DNA of 64,000 bases from Gloeobacterales cyanobacterium (GTDB lineage Bacteria; Cyanobacteriota; Cyanobacteriia; Gloeobacterales; PMM-0068): positions 96,001-160,000 of the forward strand of contig JBBRSB010000002.1 in assembly GCA_038245785.1 (NCBI GenBank), written 5' to 3'. The position numbers and the translations under genes are program-made. The notes under the pieces were generated by a model that was not told the DNA's origin, ran no database searches, and worked only from the letters and a program-made list of their open reading frames with translations. Shown piece after piece: positions 9,478 through 20,104 of this stretch. Each line of letters opens with the position of its first letter. The first letter of the stretch is position 1.

Positions 9478-11517
9478 ATGACCAGAGCAAGCTTCAAAAA
9501 GCCTCTGTTTCCAGAGAACAAAGGCCGTGAATGGGTTAACGGATGGCCATGGTATTTCGTGGGTGCCACTTGGTTGTTGCTTTGGGCCTGGAATTTGACA
9601 GACCGTACGCCCCCTATTTGGGACCAAGCGGGGCATCTGGTTACCAGTTGGCAGCACTGGAAGCAGCTACAGCAATTTGTGCCGACGGCCCTCTGGTGGG
9701 ATTCATTCTTTAAGATTTCGGACCGCTATCCCCCATTGGTTTATTGGCTGGCTACTCCGTTCTTTCAGTTGTTTGGATTTAGCCTGGTAACAGCCCTGGT
9801 CGTGCCTGCCGCTTTCTTGCTTTTGCTTGCTTTTGGAACTGCGGGATTGACCCAAGCGCTTTTAGACGAGAAAGAAGCCCGTTGGGTGGGAGCCCTAGCC
9901 GCTGGATTGGTGATGCTCTATCCGATTCACCTGGAGCAAGCCCATCAATTTTTACTGGACCTGCCCATGGCTACAGCCATTCTCTGGGGATTTTGGGGAT
10001 GCGCTCGTTACTTGCGTCGGCCCTCTTGGTTCCATAGTTTATGGATTGGAAGCTGCCTGGGCTGGGTCGGTCTGACTAAATGGAGTGGGATTCTCTTTCT
10101 TATAGTGCCTCTACTCGCCCTTTTGATTCGTCAATTGCGCCAGAAAGAGTGGCGCTGTTTGCTCCATGCCGCTCTGGTTATTTTGTCCGCCGCTGTGATT
10201 ATGGCTCCTTGGTATGGAACCAATTGGCTCTTTGTGATTAGCAATGGCCTGAAATATGCCCGTGATGCTCAGTACTATCCAGTAGTCGCAGGTTCTCCTG
10301 GGTCCTGGACTTGGTGGACGTTCTACTTGAGAATTCTGCCTTTTCAGATGTCTTGGTGGTTAGTCGGGTTGCCCCTCCTCTGTGTCGCTTGTTGGTCTGG
10401 TTTTCCCAAACTTTTACGGCAAAAAGAGGCCGTCGTGCTTCTGCTCCTTGTTTTTAGCAGTGGCTATGTGATCGTGAGCTGGATTAGTCTCAAAGACCCT
10501 CGCTTTTCGATGCCCTTACTGCCCCTCTTAGCAATTCTCTCTGCTATTGGCTTGGCCCAGTTAACCAGACCTGCTGCCTCAGGAGCTTTTGTTGTGCTCA
10601 GTCTCCTAACTTTGGCTACTTTTTGGAACCAAACGGTTTTGCCTTCTACCCAAAAACCCGCTTCTTTGCTGACTGGAGTGGCTGAATATCTGCAAAAAGC
10701 TATCCCGCTCTCTTCAAAAGTCTCGGTCGGCATGCTGCCCGTTAATTCCGGTAGCCTTCCAATTGGTCCGGAAGAACTGGATTACTACTCGGCGGTGAAT
10801 AGTCGTCCCTTTGTCGCACGAGTCGCTGGGATCACAGGTTCGACCTGGGAGCCTAGTCTCTGGTCTTGGGTGCTCCGCTGTGCCGGTCCCTGCGCCAAGG
10901 GCTGGACAGACCCCTATCAGGATCAAAGACTATCGGTAGCAAAAGTACTGGAGGAATCCAGCCAATTTAAACGGGTCCAAACCTGGCCTTTAGGGGGACA
11001 AGATACGCTAGAGCTATATCAGCGAGTAGCTCCACTGACCTCTCCTTTAACGGTTATTGAGGAAGCGGCAACGGCTATGGAGGCTGGAAATCTTGAACAA
11101 CTAGGCAAAGATATCTTGGTACTCACCCAAACTCAGTATGACTCAGCGTATTTAGAGGCTAGCCGTCAACTATTGATGCCGTTTGGACAAAGTACTGTTC
11201 CTCGGAAGCTTTATGGGTCTGCTTTGACCTATGTAATAGAGCGTAGGGTCCCAGAAGCGCAGCAGATCTTAACTCAAATCACCAAACAAACGCCTCAAGA
11301 TGCTCAGGCCTGGGGCTACCGAGCCTTTTTATATCTCTATGCTTTCCAACCTCAAGCGGCACTCAGCGCCCTGGATAAGCTAGACCATCTAAATCCCAAA
11401 CCAAATCCTCTCTGGTGGCAGTTAAGAGCAGTTGCCTATGCCCAATCTTTAAATTTTGTGGGAGCGTGGCAGACGCTGCAGGACCATTCTACTCATGAGC
11501 CGAACCCCGCAAATTAG
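9478..11517 (+). CDS. GT-C family glycosyltransferase (ArnT/GT39-like) with C-terminal TPR-like region
   Basis: PPIWDQAGH, YPPLVY, LLDLP, LTKW, KDPRF motifs; many TM helices. Confidence 0.75.
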   Translation: MTRASFKKPLFPENKGREWVNGWPWYFVGATWLLLWAWNLTDRTPPIWDQAGHLVTSWQHWKQLQQFVPTALWWDSFFKISDRYPPLVYWLATPFFQLFGFSLVTALVVPAAFLLLLAFGTAGLTQALLDEKEARWVGALAAGLVMLYPIHLEQAHQFLLDLPMATAILWGFWGCARYLRRPSWFHSLWIGSCLGWVGLTKWSGILFLIVPLLALLIRQLRQKEWRCLLHAALVILSAAVIMAPWYGTNWLFVISNGLKYARDAQYYPVVAGSPGSWTWWTFYLRILPFQMSWWLVGLPLLCVACWSGFPKLLRQKEAVVLLLLVFSSGYVIVSWISLKDPRFSMPLLPLLAILSAIGLAQLTRPAASGAFVVLSLLTLATFWNQTVLPSTQKPASLLTGVAEYLQKAIPLSSKVSVGMLPVNSGSLPIGPEELDYYSAVNSRPFVARVAGITGSTWEPSLWSWVLRCAGPCAKGWTDPYQDQRLSVAKVLEESSQFKRVQTWPLGGQDTLELYQRVAPLTSPLTVIEEAATAMEAGNLEQLGKDILVLTQTQYDSAYLEASRQLLMPFGQSTVPRKLYGSALTYVIERRVPEAQQILTQITKQTPQDAQAWGYRAFLYLYAFQPQAALSALDKLDHLNPKPNPLWWQLRAVAYAQSLNFVGAWQTLQDHSTHEPNPAN

Positions 11518-11926
11518 GATGATAGGGTTTTTGCTCTACTTGATAGGCTATATTTCGATGCTTGAGCCATTCTTCCAAAGGGCTATCTGCCTGCGCTAGC
11601 AAAGTATCGTCAGACAGCAACTGAGCAGAACGATGCCAATTCCCCAGATGATGCGCAACTATACATAGTTGATTCGTATCTTCAGGCTTAATAACTAAAA
11701 CAGTCTCTTCTTGCGCTTGAACAATAATCGTTCTTTCAAGACTGTTATAGACTACATCTCTATCCCTGAATATAGTTCCTCGCGGTAGCGATGAAGCAAC
11801 TTCAGTGCCTTTATTCGTAAAGAAACGCTGACGTGGTTTACAACGTTCTTCCCAGGTTAGAGAAAGATATTCTACGGGTCCTTGCGGTTGAGTATCTGAT
11901 GCTAACGATTCGATAATTAAGGACAT
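11489..11926 (-). CDS. ureE: Urease accessory protein UreE
   Basis: LTWEERCKPRQR, LPRGT, AHHLGNWH, C-terminal His; directly downstream of ureC. Confidence 0.85.
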   Translation of the reverse strand: MSLIIESLASDTQPQGPVEYLSLTWEERCKPRQRFFTNKGTEVASSLPRGTIFRDRDVVYNSLERTIIVQAQEETVLVIKPEDTNQLCIVAHHLGNWHRSAQLLSDDTLLAQADSPLEEWLKHRNIAYQVEQKPYHPNLRGSAHE

Positions 11927-11973
11927 ATTGGAGATCCCCCCGAGCGAAAGAGAACGTTGAGCTGTAAGTATGC

Positions 11974-12086
11974 GCCCCCGTTCGGCCGACGCTCAGGGAA
12001 GCCTAAATCCCCCATAGCGAAGCTTCTCGGAGAGTATTCTGGGGGACTTTGAGGTCAGAACCCCCCAAGGTTGGGGGCAGGGGGGC
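11974..12086 (-). repeat. Dispersed repeat core with two inserts (24 nt at 11978-12001; 21 nt at 12015-12035)
   Basis: Reverse complement of the 7835 core once the two inserts are removed. Confidence 0.85.
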
Positions 12087-12100
12087 GTTAGATATGGCAA

Positions 12101-13819
12101 TCAAAACAGAAAATATCGTTGAGCCATCGGTAAAGTTGTTGCTGGCTCACAGGTTAGTAATTCTCCATTGACGACTACTTCATAGGTTTCTGGATTGACT
12201 TTAATTTCTGGTGTTTCACTATTCAACTTCAGGTCTTGTTTACTAATCGAGCGGCAACCTGATACTGCTATAACTTGTTTGGTTAGTCCTAGTTGTTCAG
12301 GAATGCCTGAATCCAGGGCGACCTGAGACATGAAGAGCAGGCTCGACTGGGTTAAAGCTTTTCCAAAGCTGGCAAACATCGGTCTTGGAAATACGGGTTG
12401 AGGGGTCGGAATCGAGGCATTGGGGTCTCCCATTTGGGCATAGGCAATCATTCCGCCTTTAAGCACAAGTTCCGGTTTAACGCCGAAGAATTGAGGTTTC
12501 CAGATGCAGAGATCGGCCCACTTACCGACTTCTATAGAACCGACGATAGAATTGATGCCGTGGGTCAAGGCCGGATTGATCGTGTATTTGGCGATGTAGC
12601 GTTTCGCCCGATAGTTATCATTCTGCTTGCTGTCTTGCGGTAAGGCTCCTCTTTGGCGTTTCATTTTGTCCGCCGTTTGCCAGGTGCGGATAATCACTTC
12701 TCCAATTCGGCCCATCGCTTGGGAGTCTGAGGAGAGCATCGAAAATACACCCAAGTCATGGAGAATATCTTCGGCTGCAATTGTCTGGGGACGAATTCTA
12801 GATTCTGCAAAAGCAATGTCTTCGGGTACTGAACGGCTCAGATGATGGCAGACCATCAGCATGTCCAAATGTTCTTCGATGGTGTTAACGGTGAAAGGTC
12901 GTGTGGGATTAGTCGAGCTGGGTAAAACATTCGGCTCTCCAGCAATTTTGATAATGTCTGGAGCATGGCCACCGCCTGCTCCTTCGGTGTGGAAGGTGTG
13001 AATCGTACGACCATTAATTGCGGCAATCGAGTCTTCGACAAAACCTGATTCATTGAGGGTGTCGGTGTGAATGGTGGCTTGGATATCAAATTCATCGCAA
13101 ACATTCAAACAGGTATCAATAGCAGCAGGGGTTGTCCCCCAGTCCTCATGAAGCTTTAAACCGCAAGCTCCCGCTTCCACCTGTTCGATTAGGGAACCGG
13201 GCAGGCTGCTATTGCCCTTGCCAAAAAAGCCTAAGTTGATGGGAAAAGCTTCGGCACTTTGGTACATGCGAGCCAAGTTCCAGGCTCCAGGAGTACAGGT
13301 CGTAGCATTGGTTCCGGTGGCGGGTCCGGTTCCGCCGCCCATCAAGGTTGTGACGCCGGAGGCTAGGGCATATTCACAGAGCTGTGGACAGATGAAGTGG
13401 ACATGGGTATCGATGCCGCCTGCGGTGATGATCATGTTCTCTCCCGCAATCACTTCGGTACAGGCTCCAATAACCATGCCAGGAGTTACTCCTGTCTGAA
13501 TATTTGGGTTGCCTGCCTTGCCAATGCCGCAAATTTTGCCGTCTCGAATGCCAATATCCGCTTTGACAATGCCCCACCAATCAAGGATCAGCGCGTTGGT
13601 GATTACGAGGTCTAAGGCTCCCCCGGCGCGAGTAGCGGTTGGGTCTTGAGCCATGCCATCGCGGATGGTCTTACCGCCACCAAATTTCACTTCCTCGCCA
13701 TAGGTGGTGTAGTCTTTTTCGACTTCGATAATTAGTTCGGTGTCTGCCAAACGGACTCGGTCCCCAACGGTGGGTCCATATAAGGAAACATATTTGCTAC
13801 GAGAAATTCTCAGGGTCAT
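12101..13819 (-). CDS. ureC: Urease subunit alpha
   Basis: [67 protein letters not shown]. Confidence 0.98.
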   Translation of the reverse strand: MTLRISRSKYVSLYGPTVGDRVRLADTELIIEVEKDYTTYGEEVKFGGGKTIRDGMAQDPTATRAGGALDLVITNALILDWWGIVKADIGIRDGKICGIGKAGNPNIQTGVTPGMVIGACTEVIAGENMIITAGGIDTHVHFICPQLCEYALASGVTTLMGGGTGPATGTNATTCTPGAWNLARMYQSAEAFPINLGFFGKGNSSLPGSLIEQVEAGACGLKLHEDWGTTPAAIDTCLNVCDEFDIQATIHTDTLNESGFVEDSIAAINGRTIHTFHTEGAGGGHAPDIIKIAGEPNVLPSSTNPTRPFTVNTIEEHLDMLMVCHHLSRSVPEDIAFAESRIRPQTIAAEDILHDLGVFSMLSSDSQAMGRIGEVIIRTWQTADKMKRQRGALPQDSKQNDNYRAKRYIAKYTINPALTHGINSIVGSIEVGKWADLCIWKPQFFGVKPELVLKGGMIAYAQMGDPNASIPTPQPVFPRPMFASFGKALTQSSLLFMSQVALDSGIPEQLGLTKQVIAVSGCRSISKQDLKLNSETPEIKVNPETYEVVVNGELLTCEPATTLPMAQRYFLF

Positions 13820-13984
13820 AGAAGGAGCCTTTTATCAAGAGAAATTAAGCTTTTGGTGGTTATGAGCCACATTGCTTCTTCGGACAAAATATAACGGATG
13901 AAAAGAGAATACGGTTCATTGCTCATAAAAGTAGACCTTTTAGGCCGAAACTTTCTCGTTCCCACATTATTTATCTCTAGATTT

Positions 13985-14377
13985 CTAGGCTTCCTTGCCT
14001 GCCGTATAGGCTCGCCATCCTTCCCACGCTGTAATTTCTTTTTGATGTTCGCAAAGAAAGGGTTCTCCTAATACGCCGATTACCACTTCGTTGTTGGCTA
14101 GAATGATCTTGCCGACGCATAAACCAGGGGGTTCTTGAAGCAAGATATTGGAGATGCCCGCTGGCGAAACGGCCCAAATTTCAACAGCAATTGCTTTTCC
14201 ACCCTCCGCAACTCGAATCATGGCTGGGTGGCGATCATTAATAGACCAGAGTCGATAAATTGGGGCCGTTTTCGTTTCTTCGATGAACTGGGCACCTGCT
14301 TTTAGTAAGTTTTCATTTAACTCTAATCCTCGCATTAGGGTTCCATTAACGGCTAGATAAATGCCTTTGTTTGTCAT
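13985..14377 (-). CDS. Stand-alone allophanate hydrolase C-terminal-like domain (gamma-glutamylcyclotransferase-like fold)
   Basis: LAVNGTLMRGLELN...TAPIYRLW...IAVEIW...EPPGLCVGKI...EITAWEGWRAY resembles the AtzF C-domain. Confidence 0.8.
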   Translation of the reverse strand: MTNKGIYLAVNGTLMRGLELNENLLKAGAQFIEETKTAPIYRLWSINDRHPAMIRVAEGGKAIAVEIWAVSPAGISNILLQEPPGLCVGKIILANNEVVIGVLGEPFLCEHQKEITAWEGWRAYTAGKEA

Positions 14378-14463
14378 CTGTTTTTCTCTTTAATATTTGA
14401 CTTTTGCGGCATTGTTAATTCATCATTCATTGGGCGCGATGGGAGTTTCTGTTGGGATCAGGT

Positions 14464-14504
14464 GGGCGAAACGCGTTGCGCCCCTACCGTCCCTGTGGGG
14501 ACGG
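14464..14504 (-). repeat. GTAG-type REP-like palindrome plus adjacent hairpin
   Basis: Minus strand gtaggggcgcaacgcgtttcgccc; adjacent ccgtccc-tgtg-gggacgg hairpin. Confidence 0.6.
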
Positions 14505-14603
14505 GTTTTGCAAAGAAAATGGATGGGTAACGGTGGATTTCATCATCGTTTATACGTCAATAAACTCTTTTTTCGCGTAGCTATTCTTAGGGAACCAGAA
14601 CTC

Positions 14604-14656
14604 AGAACCCCCCAAAGTACTCTCCGATAAGCTTACGCTATGGGGAACAGGGGGGC
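14604..14656 (-). repeat. Partial dispersed repeat with a 22-nt insert (14619-14640), overlapping the carboxylase 3' end
   Basis: agaaccccccaaagt[actctccgataagcttacgcta]tggggaacaggggggc. Confidence 0.8.
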
Positions 14657-17600
14657 GATCACCACTAAATTTTGACCGACGGCTACCAGTTGCCCTTCTG
14701 CACAAAGAATATTGATTACAGTACCTGCTACGGAGGCCGTGATTGCAATTTCCATTTTCATCGATTCTAGGATGATCAATTGATCGCCTATCTCGACGCT
14801 TGTACCTACTTCCACAACGATTTTCCAAACGTTGGCAGGAATATAGGAAGTAACAAGTTGTGCATTGGGAGGGAGATCGATTTCTTCGCCAATTGGTGTA
14901 TCGAGAAGAGCATCTACAAAAGTTTCCGATTGACTATCCGAATCTTGCCAGCGTTGGCGCTCGGCTTCAAAGGCAGTCTGTTGCCTCGTCTTGAATTCAG
15001 TTACTTCGGGGGCGATTGAATCTAGAAAGGCATTGTACTCGCTCAGCCTAAAGGTTTTTTCTTCTACCTCTAACTTCACTTGGCCTTGGAGAAAGGCTTC
15101 TCGATAGCGAAGCAATTCTGGAGCCGCCATCGGATAGAAGCGAATCTGGTCAAAGAAGCGCAGTAGCCAAGGTTTTCCGGCTTCGAAGTCTGCGGTTTGC
15201 TGGTAGGTATTCCACACTTGAACCGTACGTCCTACAAACTGATAGCCGCCCGGACCCTCCATGCCATAGATGCACATGTAGGCACCACCGATGCCCACAG
15301 CATTTTCAGGGGTCCAGGTGCGGGCTGGATTGTATTTGGTAGTAACTAAGCGATGACGCGGATCAATGGGCGTTGCTACCGGAGCTCCTAAATAAACATC
15401 TCCTAATCCCAACACTAGGTAACTAGCATTGAAGACAATCTCTTTTACCTGTTCGATACTATCTAAGCCATTGATGCGCCGAATGAATTCAATGTTGCTG
15501 GGACACCAGGGTGCATCCTTGCGCACAGATTGCATATACTTCTGAATCGCTAATTGAGTCGATTTATCGTCCCAAGAAAGAGGCAGATGAAGAATGCGCG
15601 TCGGCACTTCCATCGCCGCAATCGGGGGCAATTCTTTTTCAGCAGCAACTAGCGTATTCAGTAATTCGGCTAGAGGCTGGACGCTGTTGTCATAATGGAC
15701 CTGCAAGGAACGAATCCCTGGAGTTAGGTCGAGGATGCCTTTTAGAGGATGGTCTAGGAGCCACTGCATCAAGGCATGGACTCGGAAACGGAGGTTTAAA
15801 TCTAATACTAAGGGACCATACTCAATCAGCAGATACTTGTCGCCGGAGAGCCGATATTTAACTGCAATTTGTTCGGGAGACGCTGGAATCTCATGGAGGA
15901 TAGGGCTTGAGATGACAGTCGTTATCTTTAGCGGTGGAGTAGTGGATGGAGTTAAGGTGGCGATTTGCTGATCTTGTTCTTGTTCTCGTCTTAGGGCTTC
16001 ACTGGCGGTAAGGCGATGGAAGCGAATCACATCACCTGGTTTCAGTTGACCGATTTTCCATAGCTCCGACTGGATAATCGTGGCCGGACAAACAAATCCA
16101 CCGAGGCTGGGACCATCAGGACCGAGAATAATCGGCATATCACCCGTAAAGTCGATGGTGCCAATAGCGTAGGCATTGTCATGAATATTGGAAGGATGGA
16201 GCCCCGCTTCACCTCCATCTTTCCGCGCCCATTGGGGTTTGGGACCAATAAGACGAACTCCGGTACGGGCTGAGTTGTAATGCACTTCCCAATCGGTTGA
16301 GAAAAATGTTTCAATATCGCTTTCGGTGAAGAAATCCGGTGCCCCATGAGGGCCATAGAGCACTCCTATATCCCAGGTATTGGTATAGATCGGGATCAGT
16401 TCTGGGGGGACTGACTGAGTAGGAGTATGAGGCTCGGATGCATTCGATGGAGCTAACTTCAGCACATCGCCCGTCCGCAGGGTCCGTCCACAATGTCCAC
16501 CAAATTGGCCCAGGGTAAAGGTAGCTTTGCTGCCCAAATAATCAGGGACTTTGAAGCCATCCTGTATGGCTAAGTACGTCCGGCAACCATGCCCGTGCAC
16601 GGCCCTCATCTTCAAGATGCTCCCTGCTGCCACGGACACGGCTGTCCAGAAAGGCACGGGCTGACCATTGAGTTCCGCTTGCATCGGAGCTCCTGCCAGA
16701 CAAATCACGGTAGCTGTATTGAAGCGCAACGTCGGGCCAACGATGGTGCATTCTAGTCCTGCTGCCGACGCTGGATTGCCAAGCACCCGATTGGCCAAGC
16801 GAAACGCCAGCGCGTCCATCGGACCGGAAGGGGGGACTCCAATATTCCAGTAGCCAACCCGTCCTGGATAATCTTGTAGCGTGGTCAGAGTCCCCGGTTC
16901 TAAGACATCAACTGTACGTGGACTGTAGTGAAAGGACTCCAAAAATCGAGTGCTGACCTTACCTGCATTAAAGGTAGGGTCGTCCAGAATTTGTCTCAGA
17001 TAGGTCAGGTTGGATTCAATTCCCGCAATCTCAGAGGAATCCAGGGCTGATTTAAGATCAGCGATCGCCTCTGACCGCGAAGGAGCTTTGACAATTAGCT
17101 TTGCCATCAGCGGATCGTAGTAGGGCGTAATTTCTGTTCCTCGCTCAATCCAGCTATCACAGCGGACTGTGGCGGGAAAGACTACTTCGGTCAACTTACC
17201 AGAACTGGGCTGGAAGTTTTTTCCTGGATCTTCGGCGTAGATTCGCAGTTGAATCGAATGTCCTTGGGGCTGATGCTGATAGGTTTCTAGAGGTAGCAAT
17301 TCCCCTGCGGCTAGTCGGACCATCCACGCTACAAGGTCAACTCCCGTCACTTCCTCGGTCACCCCATGCTCCACCTGGAGCCGCGTGTTTACCTCCAAAA
17401 AGTAAAAGTCTTCCGTAGATACATCAAAAACAAACTCTACAGTACCCGCTGACTGATAATGCACTGCTTGCCCCAAGCGCACAGCGCTATCCCATAGACT
17501 ATAGCGCAGGGCATCGCTGATTCCTGAAGCTGGCGTTTCTTCAATCACTTTCTGGTTGCGTCGCTGCACCGAGCAGTCTCGCTCACCCAGAGCAACCACT

Positions 17601-18256
17601 TTCCCATGACCATCGCCAAAGATTTGCACCTCGATGTGGCGGGCATGCTCCACATATTTCTCTACATAGATGCCACTTTGTTTGAAATTATTCTGGCTTA
17701 GACGTTGAACTCGTTCGAACAATTCAGCCAACTGCTCTTCTCGGTGACAGAGTTGTAGACCGATACCTCCTCCGCCTGCCGTGCTCTTGAGCATCACGGG
17801 ATAGCCAATCGCTCGTGCAGCCTCCTGCGCCGCTTCCAGATTGTCTAAGAGCGCACTTCCTGGCAAAAGCGGCACTTGATTCTCTGCTGCCAACTGTCGT
17901 GCCTTATGTTTCAGCCCAAAACTCCGCATCTGTTCTGGAGTGGGGCCAATAAACGCAATCCCCTTAGCGAGACAGGCTTCGGCAAATTTGGCGTTTTCAC
18001 TCAAGAATCCGTAGCCTGGATGAATCGCCTGGGCTCCTGTCTGTTCTGCTGCTTCTAGAATGCGCTCCCAGCGGAGGTAACTCTCTGCCGCAATCGCTGG
18101 GCCAATACAGACTGACTCTGTTGCAGCATACACATGGCGGGCATGGGCATCCACTTCTGAATAAACGGCCACCGAACCAATGCCTAAGCGATCAAGCGTC
18201 CGAATAATGCGGCAGGCAATTTCACCCCGGTTGGCAATAAGAACTTTATCGAACAT
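14633..18256 (-). CDS. uca: Urea carboxylase family enzyme, most likely guanidine carboxylase
   Basis: BC domain (ANRGEIA, RLQVEH), CT domain ([31 protein letters not shown]), biotinyl domain ESMKME; ATG at 18256; riboswitch and cgdAB context. Confidence 0.95.
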   Translation of the reverse strand: MFDKVLIANRGEIACRIIRTLDRLGIGSVAVYSEVDAHARHVYAATESVCIGPAIAAESYLRWERILEAAEQTGAQAIHPGYGFLSENAKFAEACLAKGIAFIGPTPEQMRSFGLKHKARQLAAENQVPLLPGSALLDNLEAAQEAARAIGYPVMLKSTAGGGGIGLQLCHREEQLAELFERVQRLSQNNFKQSGIYVEKYVEHARHIEVQIFGDGHGKVVALGERDCSVQRRNQKVIEETPASGISDALRYSLWDSAVRLGQAVHYQSAGTVEFVFDVSTEDFYFLEVNTRLQVEHGVTEEVTGVDLVAWMVRLAAGELLPLETYQHQPQGHSIQLRIYAEDPGKNFQPSSGKLTEVVFPATVRCDSWIERGTEITPYYDPLMAKLIVKAPSRSEAIADLKSALDSSEIAGIESNLTYLRQILDDPTFNAGKVSTRFLESFHYSPRTVDVLEPGTLTTLQDYPGRVGYWNIGVPPSGPMDALAFRLANRVLGNPASAAGLECTIVGPTLRFNTATVICLAGAPMQAELNGQPVPFWTAVSVAAGSILKMRAVHGHGCRTYLAIQDGFKVPDYLGSKATFTLGQFGGHCGRTLRTGDVLKLAPSNASEPHTPTQSVPPELIPIYTNTWDIGVLYGPHGAPDFFTESDIETFFSTDWEVHYNSARTGVRLIGPKPQWARKDGGEAGLHPSNIHDNAYAIGTIDFTGDMPIILGPDGPSLGGFVCPATIIQSELWKIGQLKPGDVIRFHRLTASEALRREQEQDQQIATLTPSTTPPLKITTVISSPILHEIPASPEQIAVKYRLSGDKYLLIEYGPLVLDLNLRFRVHALMQWLLDHPLKGILDLTPGIRSLQVHYDNSVQPLAELLNTLVAAEKELPPIAAMEVPTRILHLPLSWDDKSTQLAIQKYMQSVRKDAPWCPSNIEFIRRINGLDSIEQVKEIVFNASYLVLGLGDVYLGAPVATPIDPRHRLVTTKYNPARTWTPENAVGIGGAYMCIYGMEGPGGYQFVGRTVQVWNTYQQTADFEAGKPWLLRFFDQIRFYPMAAPELLRYREAFLQGQVKLEVEEKTFRLSEYNAFLDSIAPEVTEFKTRQQTAFEAERQRWQDSDSQSETFVDALLDTPIGEEIDLPPNAQLVTSYIPANVWKIVVEVGTSVEIGDQLIILESMKMEIAITASVAGTVINILCAEGQLVAVGQNLVVIAPLFPIA

Positions 18257-18300
18257 AGTGCAAGCAGTCTCAAGGATAGTGAGCAAGTTTCTGCAAAGGT

Positions 18301-18400
18301 AGATCCCCCGCTCCCCCCTTGTACCCTTACGGGAAGGCTACGCCTAGAAGGGGGGCAAAGCCCTTAAAGGATTAAAGTTCTATTTTGATAGGGGGGATCT
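18301..18400. repeat. Palindromic repeat (agatccccc...gggggatct ends) with insert cccttacgggaaggctacgccta (18324-18346)
   Basis: Terminal inverted repeat; insert related to 7933-7953 and 63325-63346. Confidence 0.65.
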
Positions 18401-18414
18401 CAAGAAACCCATAC

Positions 18415-19056
18415 CTAAGGAGTATCCCAGACAATCAGTTGAATCGGTGTGGGATTGTATGCATTGCAAGGGTTATTCATTTGAGGACAGTTGGAAATGG
18501 CGACTAAGGTGTTCATTTCAGCTTTTAGATCGACAGTACTGCCTGGCTCGGAGATCCCATCCACAATTTCCAAGGTGCCATCTTTACTTACTGGCACGTT
18601 CATAAAGAAATTGATATTGCTCACAAGATCTCGCTTTCCCATGCCATAGGGCGCAACCGCCATCAAGAAATTTTCGACACAGGCATGTTGCCAACGCTTG
18701 TCGAGACCAAAGCGCACTGAATTGCTTTCACAACTGCAGGCTCCACCAGAAGTATCATGGCGTCCACAGGTGTCATTCAAAATGGTCATTAGGACATTGC
18801 CATCATTGGAGTAAAGCTTGCTTCCAGTCGTGAGAAAGATATTCCTCTGATTCCGAATCGTATCGGGGGCGCTGTATCGTTCACTGGTATCATCCGCGTT
18901 ATAAACCAGGAAATCCACCGCCTGATTGCCGCCCAAATCAACAATCCTCAAAATTTGTCCTTTCTTGATTACCTGTGACCAGGGCTTACGGGCAGGAAGT
19001 ACCTGATTGTAAATGGCTCTATCGGGATTCAGTGTCTGTTCTACGGCTAAAACCAT
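18415..19056 (-). CDS. cgdB: Carboxyguanidine deiminase subunit B (UAAP2, DUF1989)
   Basis: GNQAVDF, TCGRHDTSGGACSCESN, SNCPQMNNPCN. Confidence 0.9.
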   Translation of the reverse strand: MVLAVEQTLNPDRAIYNQVLPARKPWSQVIKKGQILRIVDLGGNQAVDFLVYNADDTSERYSAPDTIRNQRNIFLTTGSKLYSNDGNVLMTILNDTCGRHDTSGGACSCESNSVRFGLDKRWQHACVENFLMAVAPYGMGKRDLVSNINFFMNVPVSKDGTLEIVDGISEPGSTVDLKAEMNTLVAISNCPQMNNPCNAYNPTPIQLIVWDTP

Positions 19057-19104
19057 GGTTCAATTCTCCTTTTCTATGGCTATTAACTAATCGTTCGCTG
19101 GGCT

Positions 19105-19827
19105 TTAAACAAAAAGAGCATCGGTGTTTTGGAAACCACGAATTGCTTCTGGGTTGGCTGTTCTGCATAAATCAGCAGCAGCAGGAGCCAGAGAATTCCA
19201 AACCACAACCCGAATCGGGCTAGGCTCATAAACTGACTTTGGCTCGAGCACATGGGGGCAGTTGGAAAGCACTACCAAAACATTCATTTCGGCTCTGAGA
19301 TCGATGAAATTTCCTGGTTTTGAAGCTCCCTCAATCCATTTCAGTTCACCCTCTTTTTCCACAACAACCTGTGCGAAAAGATTGAGGTTCGGCATAATAT
19401 CTTTTTTGCCCATATTCCGTTTAGCTAAGGCCAGGATGAAATTATCACGAGCGTTTTTCCAATCTCCTTCTCCATACTTAGCGCTATTGGTTACAGCATT
19501 ACTGCATCCAGCAAGGGTATCGTGATGGCTACAGGTATCTTCTGTAATCGAGAATAAGACCCGCCCCATATCGGAATAGAGCACCATGCCTTTTTTCAAG
19601 AAAGCATTGAACTGGATCTTGGCGGTATCGGCGGCGTTATAGCGTTCGATGACGTTGTCAGCGTTGTAGCAGAGCATCGAAACCCCTGTGGAACCTTCTA
19701 GGTCCACAATCCGCAGCGTTGTGCCTTTCTTGATGACGCGCGACCAATAGTTACCGCCTGGAATGACCTCATCCCAGGTGATTAGAGCCGGATCGATATC
19801 AAGCGTTTCTGTTTTTTCCATAGACAT
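19105..19827 (-). CDS. cgdA: Carboxyguanidine deiminase subunit A (UAAP1, DUF1989)
   Basis: ERYNAADT, LYSDMGRV, HDTLAGCS, SNCPHVL; GGAG RBS; first gene behind the riboswitch. Confidence 0.9.
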   Translation of the reverse strand: MSMEKTETLDIDPALITWDEVIPGGNYWSRVIKKGTTLRIVDLEGSTGVSMLCYNADNVIERYNAADTAKIQFNAFLKKGMVLYSDMGRVLFSITEDTCSHHDTLAGCSNAVTNSAKYGEGDWKNARDNFILALAKRNMGKKDIMPNLNLFAQVVVEKEGELKWIEGASKPGNFIDLRAEMNVLVVLSNCPHVLEPKSVYEPSPIRVVVWNSLAPAAADLCRTANPEAIRGFQNTDALFV

Positions 19828-19886
19828 AGCCTTCTCCTGTATTCCAACAATTGCATCACACTTGCGTCAGGTCTTGCTTTGCTTCC

Positions 19887-19947
19887 AAAACAAAAGCCCA
19901 GGAAGCCCCAACAGTAAGCGCGTACTGTACAGCTCTCCCGGGCTTTT
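19887..19947 (-). terminator. Intrinsic terminator of the riboswitch expression platform
   Basis: Minus strand aaaagcccgggag (aptamer 3' end) pairs with cttcctgggctttt, followed by gtttt. Confidence 0.7.
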
Positions 19948-20035
19948 ATCCCGCCGTGTGACCAGCTTAAGCTGGCTGCTTCTCTTGGACCAGACATCAT
20001 CTTGCAGAACAGGATAACCGGAACCCTAGAAGCGA
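19933..20035 (-). ncRNA. Guanidine-I (ykkC-yxkD) riboswitch
   Basis: Minus strand GCTTCTAGGGTTCCG...TCTGGTCCAAGAGAAGC...ACACGGCGGGATAAAAGCCCGGGAG, upstream of cgdAB-carboxylase. Confidence 0.93.
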
Positions 20036-20104
20036 ATTTTTATATGATGTTATCTTCGCGCAAGAATAACAACGCCACATCCGTACGTTCAACAGAGAAA
20101 TCTC

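Noticed and set aside
14400..14600. Possible RAYT transposase remnant beside the GTAG REP-like hairpin
   Set aside because: No recognisable transposase motifs in the frames I read
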